NCBI RefSeq assembly: GCF_009914755.1
Contig: NC_060932.1
Reading direction: 5' to 3' (one strand)
Origin: the human T2T-CHM13v2.0 reference genome, Homo sapiens
DNA: 64,000 bases
The notes under the pieces are model-generated. The model was not told where the DNA came from. It ran no database searches and was given only the letters and a program-made list of their open reading frames with translations. Position numbers and translations under genes: made by a program. Positions 1-14,393 of the stretch are shown here, one piece after another (within the stretch, counting starts at the first letter, position 1; every line of letters begins with the position of its first letter).

Positions 1-90
1 GTACCCTAAAACTTACCCTAAAACATGTACCCTAAAACTTAAAGTATAATAATAATAATAAAATAAATAAATAAATAAATAAATAAATAT
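1..90 (+). mobile_element. 3' terminus and A-rich tail of a primate L1PA element (continues upstream of window)
   Basis: CATGTACCCTAAAACTTAAAGTATAAT is the canonical L1PA 3' end, followed by an (AAT)n/(AAAT)n tail. Confidence 0.9.
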
Positions 91-1533
91 TTAACAGAAT
101 GAAAAGACAACTGTTTAATGGGAGAAAATATTTGCATACTCTTCATCTGATGAGGGACTCATATCCAGAATATAAAACAAATTCAAACAACTCAGAAAAA
201 CAGCAAATATTCCCATGGAAAAGTGGGCAAATGAAATGAACAGACATTTCTCAAAAGAAGAAAAATAAGTGGCCATCAGTTATATGAAAAAAAAAAAAAA
301 TGCTTAACATCACTAATGATCAGGAAAATGTGAATTTAAATTACAATAGGCCGGACTCAGTGGCTCACGCCTGTAATCCCAGCACTTTGGGAGGCCGAGG
401 TGGGTGGATCATGAGGTCAGGAGTTCAAGACCAGCCTGACCAACTTGGCAAAATCCCATCTCTACTAAAAATACAAAAATTAACTGGGTGTGATGGCATG
501 CGCCTGTAATCCTAGCTACTCAGGACGCTGAGGCAGGAGAATTGCTTGAACGCGGAGGCAGAGGTTGCAATGAGCTGATATCATGCCATTGCCCTCCAGC
601 CTGGGTGACAGAGTGAGACTCCATCTAAAAAAAAAAAAAAAATACAATAAGATATCATGTTACCATATCCCAGTTAGAGTGGAAACTATTAAAACACAAA
701 AAATAACAGATCCTGGCTTTGAAACAGAGAAAAGGGAGCTGTTCTTACACACATTTGGTTGGAATGTAAATTAGTACAGCCACTATAAAAATAGTGGAGA
801 TTTTTCAAAAATCTAAAACTACAACTACCATACAACGCAGGAATCCCACTATTAGGTATCTATCCAAAGGAAAAAACATCAGTATATCAAAGAGCTACCT
901 GGGCTTACATGTTTATTGCAGCAGTGTTCAGTGTCAAATATAAGCAATTCACCTAAGTGTCTATCAACAGATGAGTGGATAAATAAAATGTAGTATCTAT
1001 ACACAATAGAATACTATTCAGCTATAAAAAGAATAAAATTATGTCATTTAGAGCAATATGGATGGAACTGGAGGTCATTTTATTAAGTGAAATAAGCGAA
1101 GCACAGAAAGCCTAATGCCACATATTCTCACTCATATGTGGGAGCTAAAATACTTGATTACATGGAGGTAGGAGTAGAATGAAAGATAGCAGAGGCTGCA
1201 AAAAGCATGTGAGTAGGAGAGAGGAATGAAGAGAGGTTGATTAATGGGTACAAACATAGAGTTAGACAAAAGTTATTAAGTGTAATATTTAATAGCAGAA
1301 TAAATTGACTATAATTAACAACAATATATTGTATATTTCAAAGTCACTACAAGGGAGAAAATAAATTGTTCCCAAAACATAAAAATGGTAAATACTCACA
1401 TGTATTTGGATACCCCAAATACCCTGACTCTATCATTAAACATTCTATGTATGTAACAAAATATCACATATAGCCCACAAATATGTAAATGTTATGTATC
1501 AATAAAATTAAAATAAATAAAATAAAATAAAAA
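91..1533 (+). mobile_element. L1MA-type LINE-1 3' portion (ORF2 end + 3'UTR), split by an Alu
   Basis: Diverged L1 motifs GGGAGAAAATATTTGCA, GAACAGACATTTCTCAAAAGAAG, ATGGATGGAACTGGAGGTCATT; L1MA-like 3'UTR; A-rich tail at ~1500-1533. Confidence 0.85.
349..642 (+). mobile_element. AluS, full length
   Basis: GGCCGG...GGCTCACGCCTGTAATCCCAGCAC start, dimeric body, A tail; approximate TSD TACAATA on both sides. Confidence 0.95.
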
Positions 1534-1544
1534 TGACCCATGAG

Positions 1545-2740
1545 AGAAAAAAATAATGTGGACTTTATTAGAAATTAAAAAGTAAAGAATTCTACTCTGA
1601 AAAAAATAAACAGTGTTAAAAGAATGAAAACAGAAGCCACAGAATGGGGAAAAATATTGCAAAATACAAACCTGACGATGAACTCATATCCAAACTATAC
1701 AAATCCACTATGACTCCACCATTATAAAATAAATAGCCCAGTTGACAAATGGGCAAAAGATATGAAGAGAGAGTTCACCAAATAAGATACACAGAAGGCA
1801 AATACGCATTTGGAAAGATGCTCAAAATTACATGTAATTGGAAATCGCAAATTAAAGCATACCTGTTGTAATGACCAAAACCTAAAACACTGATGACATC
1901 ATATGTTCTTGAGAATCTGGAGCAACAGGAACTCTGATTCACTGATGGTAGGAAAACAAAATGATACAGCTGCTTTAGAAGACATTTTGACATTTTCTTA
2001 CAAGTGTAAAGATTGGCTTATCAAAAGATCTAGCAATCATGATCTTTGTTACTTTTTCAAATAAGTTGAAAACTGATGTCCACAAAAACATGCATATGAA
2101 TATTTATAGTAGCCTTGTTCATATTTGCCCCAAATTGGAAACAACCAACATGCACTTCTATAAGTGAATGGGTAAACAACTGTGGTACATCCAAAAAATG
2201 AAATATTATTCAACAATTAAAATAAATGAGTTATTAAGCCTGGAAAAGACAGGGAGAAAACTTAAATGCATACTACTAAATGAAATGTCAGTCTCTAAAG
2301 ACAACAGAGCATGAGTCCAGCTATATTCTGGAAAAGGAAAAACTGTGGAGACAGTAAAAAGATGAGTGGTTTCTAGGGAAGCAACCTGAAAGGGGAAGAA
2401 AGGAGAGATAAATCAGTGGATCATAGATGATTTTTAGGGCAGTGAAACTATTCCATATGATAATATATCACTTACTATCTGACATGCATTTCTCAAAACC
2501 CATTGAACTGTATGACATAAACAGTGAACTCTAATATATAGTATGGAGTTTGTTTAATAATAATATATTGATATTAATTAATCAGTTTTAACAAACACAC
2601 CACATTAATGCAACATGTTAATAATTGAGGAAACAAAGGGTGATGGGGAGGGAGGTAGTATATGGAATTCTGTATACTTTCTGGTCTTTTTTTCTGTTAA
2701 CTTTAAAACTCTCTAAAAATAGAGCCTATTTTTAAAAAAT
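1545..2740 (+). mobile_element. Old L1MC/L1MD-type LINE-1 3' portion
   Basis: Degenerate ORF2-end motifs (GCCACAGAATGGGGAAAAATATTGC, TGGAGCAACAGGAACTCT) and an L1MC-like terminus (GGAATTCTGTATACTTTCT...AAAACTCTCTAAAAATAGAGCCTATT). Confidence 0.75.
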
Positions 2741-4809
2741 CAGTAGTCTTTCAACAGGAAGTTGAATAGGAAAAATGGTGATTATTTCCCTTTGCTTTTT
2801 CATGGAATGTGGAGAATGGAAGCTTAAATAAGGAGGAGAACACATTTGTTGGTACACAACAAATGGGAATGAATTGCAGGTATAGTATTATATATCGTGG
2901 AGAGGAGTTTATGAGAGAGGACACATTGGCTCATAGAGGTGTGATTTTATTGGAAACCAAAATACCATGAATAGTGTTATTTTTCTGTGTATTGAACAAC
3001 CCCTTTTAAAGTTCTGAACAATACCAAGTATAATCTTCCCTTGATTTATTTATTAAGGCTACCACCAAAATCCAACCTAATAACTCTTGGGCATTTTTAA
3101 AATTTCTGTTTAACATTGAAAATTATTTAGCAAGGAAAATAGAGCCCCAAACAAATAAGTGACAATAAAAGGAAAATTGCAGATTATTAAACACACTTCA
3201 AATAAATTATAATCCTTCTAGTAGCATGACAGCCTTAACTCCTTGGATTTACTGAATCTATATGCAGCTCCTTCGAGGGGGTGAAGGGAGCTGGCACACA
3301 CAGAATGGTGACTCCTAGTTAGAGGCCAAATCATCTGCATTTGATACCTGAGGTTCCTGTCCAATGACTCATCAACACAATGTTCTTGCATTTTGAAGAG
3401 ATGTCATGTGTGTTTTGTGCAGGTATCCCCAAAGTTAAGAACGTACAGGCGAACTACAGAATAGACAAAATATAACAATGTATATATAGAAATTTCTCTC
3501 CTTGTCAAACCAACCATTGCTTTTTGACTGAAAATGCCCTTGGTTCAATCCTAGAAGAACCATGTATCTTCTAGAACACTAGTTCTCTCTCACTGTCAGA
3601 GAAATTGTTGTAAATAATTTATGAATTTTAATAACACCTCATTACTTAAACAGGAAATATTTCCTTTCCTTCCAAATTAGTAATAAAAATATATCTTAAA
3701 TGTACTGAAGTGTTATTAGAGCTTTATTCTGAGAGTTTCTTATGCTGTATCTGAATATATTATTTGTGAATGATAATTTCGCTAAGCTGCTGTAGTGGCT
3801 GTATGTCTTAGGAATGCAGCAAGCTTTCTGGTAAATCAATTTGTGTTAGCTGTGCAGCACAGATTTGCAGCAGCATAATTCAGACTGACTTTTCCAAATA
3901 ATACTTCCTCTGACAACACTTTCAAAGTGGTAAGATAGCTTGGAAAAGTACAGAATTGTCTTGAGATATCACATCCCACAGCAGAATAGTTGCAAAACTG
4001 ACAAAATGGAACCTAAATTGTAATGTGATATAGTAAAGTAGCTGATAGATTGCACTCTGCACCGAAAATTGCTAACTCAATGCCCAATAGAGAAATCACA
4101 GAACTGTAGCAACAGTAAGAGAAAAGTTGCAACTCTATGGGGGAAAAACACAAATGAATATGGGGGTAAATAAGTAGTATTTTCCAACTTGGTTATATAT
4201 ACAGTCATTCTTTAAATTACCAAGGTGACATAGAATGTTGAAGAAAATATATATGTTACCAGTTGAAACATTGTAAGTACTAATTAAACTCTTGGTCATT
4301 TGTTTAGTGTGTTGTATAATGTTATTTTAAGATTAAAGGGAAAATGGTTTTGGGGTGTGAATGGCTAGATGTTATGTTTACTGTTAGTTGAAGCCTACAG
4401 ATAATTTACAATGTGATTTAAAAATCTCATACTTCCTTTTGTAAATACCATTTTTTCCATAGGTAGTTATGCTCATGACATAAGGTGTTAAAATATCACA
4501 GAGTATTTTAAAAGACATTGGAATTTTTTTCATATCTGTGATGGGAAGTGATTGCATTTTTGGAAAATTTGGGGGAAAATAAAGGTTCTCATGAGATGAC
4601 ACATCACATATAAATTATTTTGCCCTTCAGCTAACTTTATATTTATTGTAATCTGACATTCCACTTTATATAGAAAGGTTTAATTTGAGTTTCACTCAAT
4701 ACTACTATTTATTTAGTTATTATTGACAAATATTTTATTGCTGTGCAACCAAAAATGCTTTGGCTACTGATGTATACATGCTTTAAGATGGATGTGCCTA
4801 TAGCTGCTG

Positions 4810-4865
4810 AAAATAATGCTAGACACATAGTAGATCTTTAATATTGTTGATTGAGTCATTGATTG
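4810..4865 (+). mobile_element. L2 3'-end fragment
   Basis: GCTAGACACATAGTAGATCTTTAATATTGTTGATTGA resembles the L2 terminus. Confidence 0.4.
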
Positions 4866-5421
4866 GATTTTTAAATCAATACATAGAAAAGAAGCAAAGT
4901 GAATTGTGAATCCTTAGACGTTTAGTTTGTCTTATAAAAGAGGCTGGTGACCTTTGCAGCTCCCATTTTCATTTGTATATCTTACAGTTTTGAAAGCAGG
5001 TTTTGACCACTATGCTTAAATTCCATCTTACATTAAAGATCATTTGAAGAATGAGAACTCTTGTTTCATAAAATATGATTGACAATTACTCTTCTGCATC
5101 CATCTCAAATAAATGTTTTATCCTACCTTTTCCTATTGTCCCCAAACCAGACCATCTTAAAAATCATGCTGTCAATACATGACTGAATGATTTTTATATT
5201 ACTTTTTATTTAAAGCACAAAATTTCATACTTTGAACAATGAGTGATAAGGAAGCTTTATTTCCTACCAAGAGTGATTTTAGCCTTGGGGGGAAAATAAG
5301 TCTCTCAGTTTTAGGAAAAAGGAAAACATGTTTTGCCATTTTAAGGAGAAGTATTAAGTATTCACATTTCTATATTTTGAGCCTTTGGAATAGAGAACTT
5401 ACTATATTTTCCAGTAGTTCA

Positions 5422-5808
<387 letters not shown>

Positions 5809-5929
5809 TCAACAAGATGAATAGAAACCTATAAACAACCAGTCAAAGGAAGAGAAATACATGAGCTGTTAATGTGAAATAATTCTTGGGATTTGTTCTG
5901 ATTATTAATAAGGCATGCTTATTTTTACA

Positions 5930-6261
5930 TGTCTCAGTCCATTTGGGCTGGTATAGAAATCGTAAACTGGGCAGTTTATAAACAACGGTAATTTATTTCT
6001 TAGAGTTCTGAAGACCCGGAAGTCCAATATCAAGGAACCATCATTTTTGGTATCTGATTCAGAATGGTGCTTTCTATCTACGTCCTCACATGTGGAAAGG
6101 GCAAGGAGTTCAACTCGTTCTCTTTTATAAGGGCACTAATGCCATTCATGAGTGATCCACTGTTGTGTCCTAACCACCTTCAAAAGGCCCCTAATACCCT
6201 CCCATTGGTGATGGTTCCAACATATAGGTTTTGGGGGAACACCTACATTTCAACAATAGAA
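5930..6261 (-). mobile_element. MaLR solo LTR (MSTC/MSTD/MLT1A-like)
   Basis: TGTCTCAGTCCATTT..., TTTATAAACAAC..AATTTATTTCT, TTTTATAAGGGCACTAAT, TTTTGGGGGAACAC are MaLR LTR motifs in reverse orientation. Confidence 0.85.
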
Positions 6262-8064
6262 AGACATAAATGAGATTAGGAATTTCTGGTGACTGTCCCC
6301 TGAACTGGGTCAAACAAAGTTCAGTGCTGTTTTGTAAACTGGAAATTATCTTCTCCTGCCTTAGATTTAAATCTATAGTAATATTGAGAAGTGTAGTAAT
6401 GTAACATTATTTTTAATGTGTTAGCATTGCAAATAATAAACAGCAACACCAAATTATACTGAATGAAACAGTCTGTTTCTGAGACTCCTCTGAAAACTTC
6501 CTGTTGCCTTTTATTTGGCAAGTTCAGCTATACATATCTGTGGGTTTGTCATTATTGCAATTTATTTGTTTCTTTTTAATTTTTTCCTATTTTTATCTTA
6601 AAATTCATCAGTTTCTTCAACATTTATTTGTATAGACACTCTGTAGCAGTCTATAAACATTTGCTGAAATCTGTGGTATAAGGCTTATAAAAGAAAAAAT
6701 ATAAAATATTTGTAACATTATACTTTTAGTAAAATAAATCTTGTCTGGCTTTCTGATAGTAGTATGGTTTTCTAACATATCACACTGAGAAAATGGAGAG
6801 ATAGTTATTTGACTTTTTTTTTTTTTTTTACAAATTCCTACTTTATTATAAACTGTGTAAAACTTTACTGACTTACTTGATAAAATTTTGCTGCATGGAC
6901 ACATAATTCGATACGTGCTGAATTTTCCCCTGGGCATATTAGTTATTAAAAGATGGTGAAGAGCATGGGCTAATTCCAGCTGTGCTGGGTTGATCACATG
7001 CTTATCTTCAGATTTGTGTGAAGAAACATGATGGTGAATTTTGGCTAAGAATATATAGAATGTATCAACTAGAGATCGGTGATGTTCTATAATCATGAAT
7101 CTGTTAGCTCTTTTGGAGGGAGGATGCATTAGCATGTCAGCATTTTTTGATAAGAACAGCTAGATTTGTGACTGACTTTGGTAGAGCTGGGAGTTCTTCT
7201 ACTGTAAAAGCAGGTCAGGCATTTCTGCAACCTGCTTTCTATAAGAGAAGTCCAGCAGGAGAGGACTTCTGGTTTTCTGTTCACAAGGGGCTTCAAGACC
7301 TGGAGCCAAAGTTTGTCCTGTGAGACCCAGTGATATAATGAAGGCTGCACCTGCTCTCTCCAAACCATTTTCAATGTATGTCCTTTCCTTGCTGGTGCTG
7401 TTGTGTTTCGTTGCCTATAATAAATCTCTTTCGGAATAATAAAAACAAAAACAAACAAACAAAAACCAGAGTCTTGTTTTTCCAGCAATTGAACACTTAA
7501 GGCAATTACTATAGAATTAATATCGAGGTAAACAAGAAAGCCAAAAACCAGCAAAAACAAAAATCCTAGCAGTAAAGTAGAAGAGTGGACCAATGATATG
7601 ATTAAAGAAACTGTAAAGATGTCTTTATAATGCTGCAAGTTAACAGTGGTCTTTTTAGAATAGTTTAATTGAAACAAGTTGTGGTATGGAGGAAGAGATG
7701 ATCAAAAACTAACTGGCCTTTTAGAATTGCTACTACGTAGTCCTCTGTATATCTTTTATTTTATTAGTATACTTGCATGTTTATCTCTTAATTACCTACT
7801 CTTAATTGTATATTCTTAATCTCAGGGTTTATGTTATTTTAACATGGAGACCAAAGTGTTATTTAATTAATAATACTGCACATGAGTGAATTTAAATTAC
7901 TCTCTTTGTTATAGAATTATTAGAGTGTTCATTTAACTAGGGCATCTCCTTCTTCAACCTTCATTGTGGAAATGAAAGTAAAAAGGAAAATTGACATCCT
8001 TTGAATAAATAGGGTAAAGAGAGAGACCGCCTTGCTTACAATATCCATGTTTAGGGTTGGTGCT

Positions 8065-8511
8065 TGCTATGGATTGAATTGTGGTCCGCCAAAAATCTGT
8101 AGTGTATTTGTCACCCTTGATTTGTTGGTACTTGGGGATGGGGACTTTGGGACACAATTGGATGAGGTCATGAAGGTAGTACTCTAATATGATGGGTTAA
8201 TGGCTTTATAAAAAGAGGAAGATTTCTCTCTCTTTCTCTCTCTCTCCTCTCTCTTTCTGCTATGTGAAGATACAGTCAAGAAGAGATTATATGCAAGCCA
8301 GGAAGAGAGCCTTCACCAGACTCACCCATGCTGAAGCTCTGATCTTCACTAGAACTCACCCATGTTGGAGCTCTGATTTTTCACTAGAACTCACCCATGT
8401 GAAGCTCTGATCTGGGACCTCTAGCCTCCAGAATTCTAAGAGATACATTCCTGTTGTTTAAGCTACCAAGTCTATAGCATTTTGTTATGGCAGACTGAAT
8501 AGACCAAGACA
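8065..8511 (+). mobile_element. MaLR solo LTR (MLT1A-like)
   Basis: Begins TGCTATGGATTGAAT; GCAAGCCAGGAAGAGAGCC, GCCTCCAGAA, TTGTTTAAGC; ends GACCAAGACA. Confidence 0.9.
8312..8412 (+). repeat. Tandem triplication of a ~33-bp unit inside the LTR
   Basis: TTCAC(C/T)AGA(A)CTCACCCATG..G(A/G)AGCTCTGAT present three times. Confidence 0.9.
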
Positions 8512-8811
8512 GCCTTTTTAATGTGTTCACTGTTAGTGTTGTTTCAGGACACCAAATTCTGAAAGAATTCCTATTTGAGCCTGAGCTAACTTTAGGAAAG
8601 TTGAATGACTAAGAATGCTAGCATGCTTTAAGTATGACTTGTTTGAGACTACTTGGAATTTCTTCATTTATGTAAGCCATTCTGAGGAAAAAGAGGAGTC
8701 AGTTAAAGAAAGCTTGACTTAACAATGGGTAGTCACTGCATGGCTAATTTTTTTAACTTTATAATGGAAATACTACTCAAATTCACCTCAATCACTTCTC
8801 CATGTGTATCT

Positions 8812-8996
8812 TATAATTATATATGCAATTATAAAATATATATTATATATTAAATGTACATAATTTTATATATCATTTATATATTTATACCTATATTAAT
8901 TTTTATATAGATGATATTTTAATATAATTATAAATATTATTTGTATTTCTATATATTGTATATAAATATATATTATATAAATAAATTATATTTTAA
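8812..8996. repeat. AT-rich (TA)n-like low-complexity tract
   Basis: Almost exclusively A/T, degenerate TA repeats. Confidence 0.85.
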
Positions 8997-9401
8997 TTCT
9001 GACAGCGAGAATTGAAGAGAGGAGGACAGGGCAGTAGTATACAGTAATGAAGATGAGAGATGTTTTGGAGAAATAGTTTTCTAATTCACACTTATTGCTA
9101 TCTAAGGATTAGGTTTCCAAGAAATGCAAAACATAAAACTTCTAAGCAGGAAAAGAGAAATCTGGAATTAACATTATGAATCTAAAATGAAAGTGGCCAA
9201 GCTACTTTGTATCTTTGTGCCTATCTTTGCTCAAATGTATTCGTTTCAGAATGTGAATGTATGTAATATACTGAATAAAAGTTAATACAATTATCGTCCC
9301 CATATAATACCTATTTATTTCACCTGTACAGTTTTGATTTTGTGTGTGTGACATAATTTGTTTGCCATAAGAAGGGCAATTTTTCTGCTATTTGTTTGTA
9401 T

Positions 9402-9504
9402 AATTTATTTTACACGAAAGAGAAAATGTCATCTTATCATTCCTTCAGTATTAATTTGTATTATATGGCATAAGCATATATGCTCATTTATGTTCTGATA
9501 TTAT
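9402..9504 (+). repeat. Donor copy of a 103-bp dispersed direct duplication (partner 10602-10704)
   Basis: Ungapped match, 6 mismatches by hand count, offset exactly 1200 bp. Confidence 0.95.
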
Positions 9505-9836
9505 TTACTTGATTCTGCTACTCTCATTTTCCTCTTTGGTAAGGTTAGCCCATAAGCAGCAGGGATTCTCTTCTGATTCTCCATGCCATACAGCTTACCT
9601 GGGCAATCTCTCCATGTGATAAAGGCCCACCCCATTTTGGAATTGTGCTATTTAGTTGAATTTATATGAAACATTTCATTTAACTCTCAAACCAAATTCC
9701 CTGCAACTTTTACTTTGTTACAAATGAAAATGATTTCCATTTGCCATTCCCACCTTTCCCCCCTTAATTTTGGAGAAAGAAGACATGTTCTTTATTTGAT
9801 TCGTTTTGAGACAACTTTTTAATTTTGTCAGTTTGA

Positions 9837-10295
<459 letters not shown>

Positions 10296-10414
10296 TAGTA
10301 TTTTCAGGTGCTACAACCAATGACCATAAACTGGGCGGCCTAAATACCAAATTTAGTTCTCATGGTTATGGAAGCTGGAAGTGTGAGATTAGGGTGATAC
10401 CATGGTTGGTTTCT

Positions 10415-10418
<4 letters not shown>

Positions 10419-10460
<42 letters not shown>
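10419..10460. repeat. (GA)n microsatellite
   Basis: Direct observation. Confidence 0.95.
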
Positions 10461-10462
<2 letters not shown>

Positions 10463-10601
10463 AGAATGAGTGGGCGTGGGGAGAGAGAGAGATATCTACT
10501 GCCTCTTTTTTTTTTTTTAATAAGGCATTAATCCCATTAGGGGACCTAACTAGCTCTTATTACCTCCTAAAGGCCCCAATTCCAAATACCATCACATTGA
10601 C

Positions 10602-10704
10602 AATTTATTTTACACGAAAGAGAAGATGTCACTTTATCATTCCTTCAATATTAATTTGTATTATTTGGCATAAGCATATATGTTCATTTATGTTCTGATA
10701 TTAT
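10602..10704 (+). repeat. Inserted copy of 9402-9504 inside the MLT1 LTR
   Basis: Lies between LTR motifs ACCATCACATTG and CAACATATCAATTTTG. Confidence 0.95.
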
Positions 10705-10849
10705 CAACATATCAATTTTGAGACACAAACATTCCTTCAGTCCATAGCATTCTGAAAATCAACTATTCTAATCTTTGCAAGTTTTTTTCTATCATTGTCT
10801 CTTCATGATTTTCATGAAATTCTTGTGTATAAAAATTATTTTTCTTCAG

Positions 10850-11136
10850 AGTTGGGTGCAGTGGCTCACACCTGTAATCCCAGCACTTTCGGAGGCCAAG
10901 GCAGGCAGATCTCTTGAGTCAAGGAGTTAAAGACCAGCCTGGGCAGCATGGCAAAACCCCATCTCTACTAAAAATACAAAAAATTAGGTAGGCCTGATGG
11001 TGCATGCCTGTAGTCCCAGGTACTGGAGAGGCTGAGGTGGGAGGATCTTTGAGCCCAGAAGGTCAAGGCTGTAGTGAGCCAAGATCATACCACTGCACTC
11101 CAGCTTAAGTAACAGAGTGAGACATATTCTCAAAAA
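10850..11136 (+). mobile_element. AluJ
   Basis: J-type diagnostics (CCTGGGCAGCATGG, GGAGGATC..TTGAGCCCAG, AAGGCTGTAGTGAGC); TSD TATTTTTCTTCAG lies beyond the microsatellite tail. Confidence 0.9.
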
Positions 11137-11450
11137 GATATATCTGTGTGTATATATATATATACACACATATATGTGTATATATATACACATCTGTATA
11201 TATATACAGATATATATGTATGTCTGTATATATATGTATATACAGATATATATGTATGTCTGTATATATATGTATATACAGATATATATGTATATATATA
11301 CAGATATATATATACACAGATGTGTGTATATATATGCACACACACATATTTATACACACATATATATATACATATGTATGTATATATGTAAGTATATATA
11401 CACATATATGGATATATATCTATATATAGATATATATCTGTTTATATACG
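11137..11450. repeat. Compound (TA)/(TG)/(CA) microsatellite occupying the Alu tail
   Basis: Alternating purine-pyrimidine tract containing higher-order units such as TATATACAGATATATATGTATGTCTG. Confidence 0.95.
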
Positions 11451-13634
11451 TATTTTTTCTTCAGTCTATGTTACACATTCAAACTATAAATGTTTTTAAT
11501 ATATTAATTTTAACTTTCCCTTCCCTCTTCCTGAAAAACAATTCTTAATTTTCATTAAATCAAGTTTAGCAAATATTTGACTAATACTTTGTTTTGTTTT
11601 GTATTATTTAGTAAGTCTTTCACATTCTCCACATCCACAAAGACATATTTTCATGTTCTCTTTATTTGATTAGATTTTTAAAATTTATAGTTTGCTTTTC
11701 CTTTAGGCATATAATTCATATGGTTAACTTTTCTATGCAATGTTTGTAAAGAGAGTTACGATGTAGCTTTATTATTTTATATATGTCATTATCTCCAATG
11801 CCATTTATTAAACATGCCATTTCTCCATTGATTTGTGATACTTTTATCATACATTATATTCCTATACAGATAAATCAGATTTTAGTCTTTTATATTCTAT
11901 TATTCTGATTGTATTTTATCCACAGGCATATTTTGTTTGGTTTTGTTTTACTTTTTAAGTCTTTATACCAAAATTCTTATCTGATGTGAATTTACCATCT
12001 GTGCTGTTTTTTCTCCAAACTTATTTACCTATTAATGAAAATGTAGTGTTGTATATAAATCATAGGATGTGTTTTATATATATACATATATGTGTGTATA
12101 TATATATATATATGTTATTCATAATCCAGGTATTTTTATTTGGATTTATTTTCATGAATAAGTTAAGGTGTAGAGAACTGAACATGAACATATTTGGTTA
12201 TATCTGTTTTATGAAGTGTGTTTTCCCCAAATGCAAAGGAGTACTTGGCATGTAGTAGACATTGAATATATGCTGATTTTTTTTTTACATTTGTTTTTCA
12301 TGTTTTTGCATTTGTTTTTTACATTTACTCAGGCCATTTACTTTTGTTAATAAATTTTTTTTCTAAAGATCTTGAACAGTTAAATCCAAGAAAATTCACA
12401 GATTTTTCTGAAAACATAAGCATTACTATTTTCTAACATAAGTTCTAGTGTGCTACTATGCTAGAAAGAAACAGTACTTTATGGTTGATCTTGTATTTTA
12501 GAGCATTGTTGATTATCTTATTTATTCTAAGTTTTTATTAATTATTTGTGTTAGCTCTTTCTCTGACATTTTCTCGTTCAGTCCTTATTTCTCTTATTTC
12601 TTTTCTTTGGCTACAGATTTTTAGTATTGTTGATAATTGGTGACCTCCCTTTTTAAAACGATCTTTAGAGAAATATATCTACAATTAAATATAATGTCTA
12701 CCATAGGTTATCTTTTCTTTGTTGTTACATTTCTATTTTTTCTTTCTTCATTTTTGACTTTCTTACATAAATAAATTTTCTTGTAATTCAGCTTGTTATT
12801 CTAGCCCATAAAATGAATTATACTTTGAAAAATATCTTTTAGTTCATTAATATAAATTGTATTGACAGAGTTTCTATACCACAGATGTCCTTGCATTTAT
12901 TTTTGTTTTTTTTTTGTTTGTATGTCTTGTGTCCTTGCATTTCTGTGATACTTTTTTCTTTACCTTTATCTAACTTATATGAATGGATTATAATTATATA
13001 ATAGATTGCTAGTTATTGTTAACTTATAGACAAATATATACACTGTATCACTTTACTTTCATATGTGAATAGGACTTTTAACTTATTTCGTACACTCTCA
13101 ATGTGTGGATTTGAAGCCAATATTTTAATAGACACTAAAAATGAAATGGAAAATTTTCTTTTTTATTTTTATTATAAAATATATAATGGAAATTTTAATG
13201 TTTCTCAAAATTGTGCACAAGTTGATTACTAACTCTGACTAGTGTGGGGATATTTAAGAAAATTTAATTTATATATAAATTTTACTAATTATTGTTAATC
13301 AATTTTTTCTTACACTATCTTGAAAGTTAATATTTTCCCCAAAGTATACATTTTTAGCTAGGTTTTCTAATTTATTGGTGTGTAGTGATTTATAAATAAT
13401 TATATTTGAAAGGCATGTTTGTACTCGGTGTTTTCTCTTAGTCACTCCATATATTGTTTTACTCACAATCCCTTTTTATTTTTTCAGTCTTGCCATGAAA
13501 TATGTTTTATTCATTCATTCAAATGTCATCTTTCATTTACTAACCCTTTCAACTGTTGTTTTATATTTCATTGATTTATGATCTTAGTTTTTGCTTCATA
13601 GTTTTTAATTAAAGCTGCTTCCTTTGTTTAGTGA

Positions 13635-13978
<344 letters not shown>

Positions 13979-14219
13979 GTTACCTTTTTTTTCTATGGTT
14001 TTGTTTATAGCAGCCTGTCATTTGGCATAGAAGATACTCTATCTTTGTCCACTTATTATCAGCAAGTTTTAAAAATATGTCTTGATATGAAATATGTGGT
14101 CATAAAATTGCAAGGTACATAATGTTAGCTCTGAAGTAAATATATTTAGTGAAATTTAAATAGCTGATTAAGTGGAAAAAATAAACAGGTATATGCATTC
14201 TGTAAAACCATGTTGAACA

Positions 14220-14393
14220 CTTCAGACCAGCTCATCTGTCAGCTGACAACTCCATGAAGAGAAAAACAAGCATCCCAGCTGAGTCTGTGTACATGCCTGA
14301 CTCACATAGAATCCATGAGTTAAAATACAATGGTTTTGTTTTAAACCACAAAAAATTATGGAATATTTAATTCAGCAATAGATGTATGGAACA
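14220..14393 (+). mobile_element. MLT1 (H/I/J-like) LTR 3' part
   Basis: CCCAGCTGAG...AGAATCCATGAG...TTGTTTTAAACCAC...CAGCAATAGAT..GGAACA. Confidence 0.75.

Noticed and set aside
2843-2865. 9-bp stem hairpin CATTTGTTG/CAACAAATG
   Set aside because: Expected by chance in 64 kb of AT-rich sequence
6617-7677. Two back-to-back minus-strand ORFs of 172 and 182 aa
   Set aside because: No recognisable domain; they run through a poly-T tract and an AAAAC repeat; the longer one lacks an ATG start; most likely chance ORFs
8312-8412. Repeat array superficially like CRISPR direct repeats
   Set aside because: No unique spacers, eukaryotic context, lies inside an LTR
10984-11548. Cluster of Y/I/C-rich ORFs in several frames
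   Set aside because: Translation of the TA/TG microsatellite
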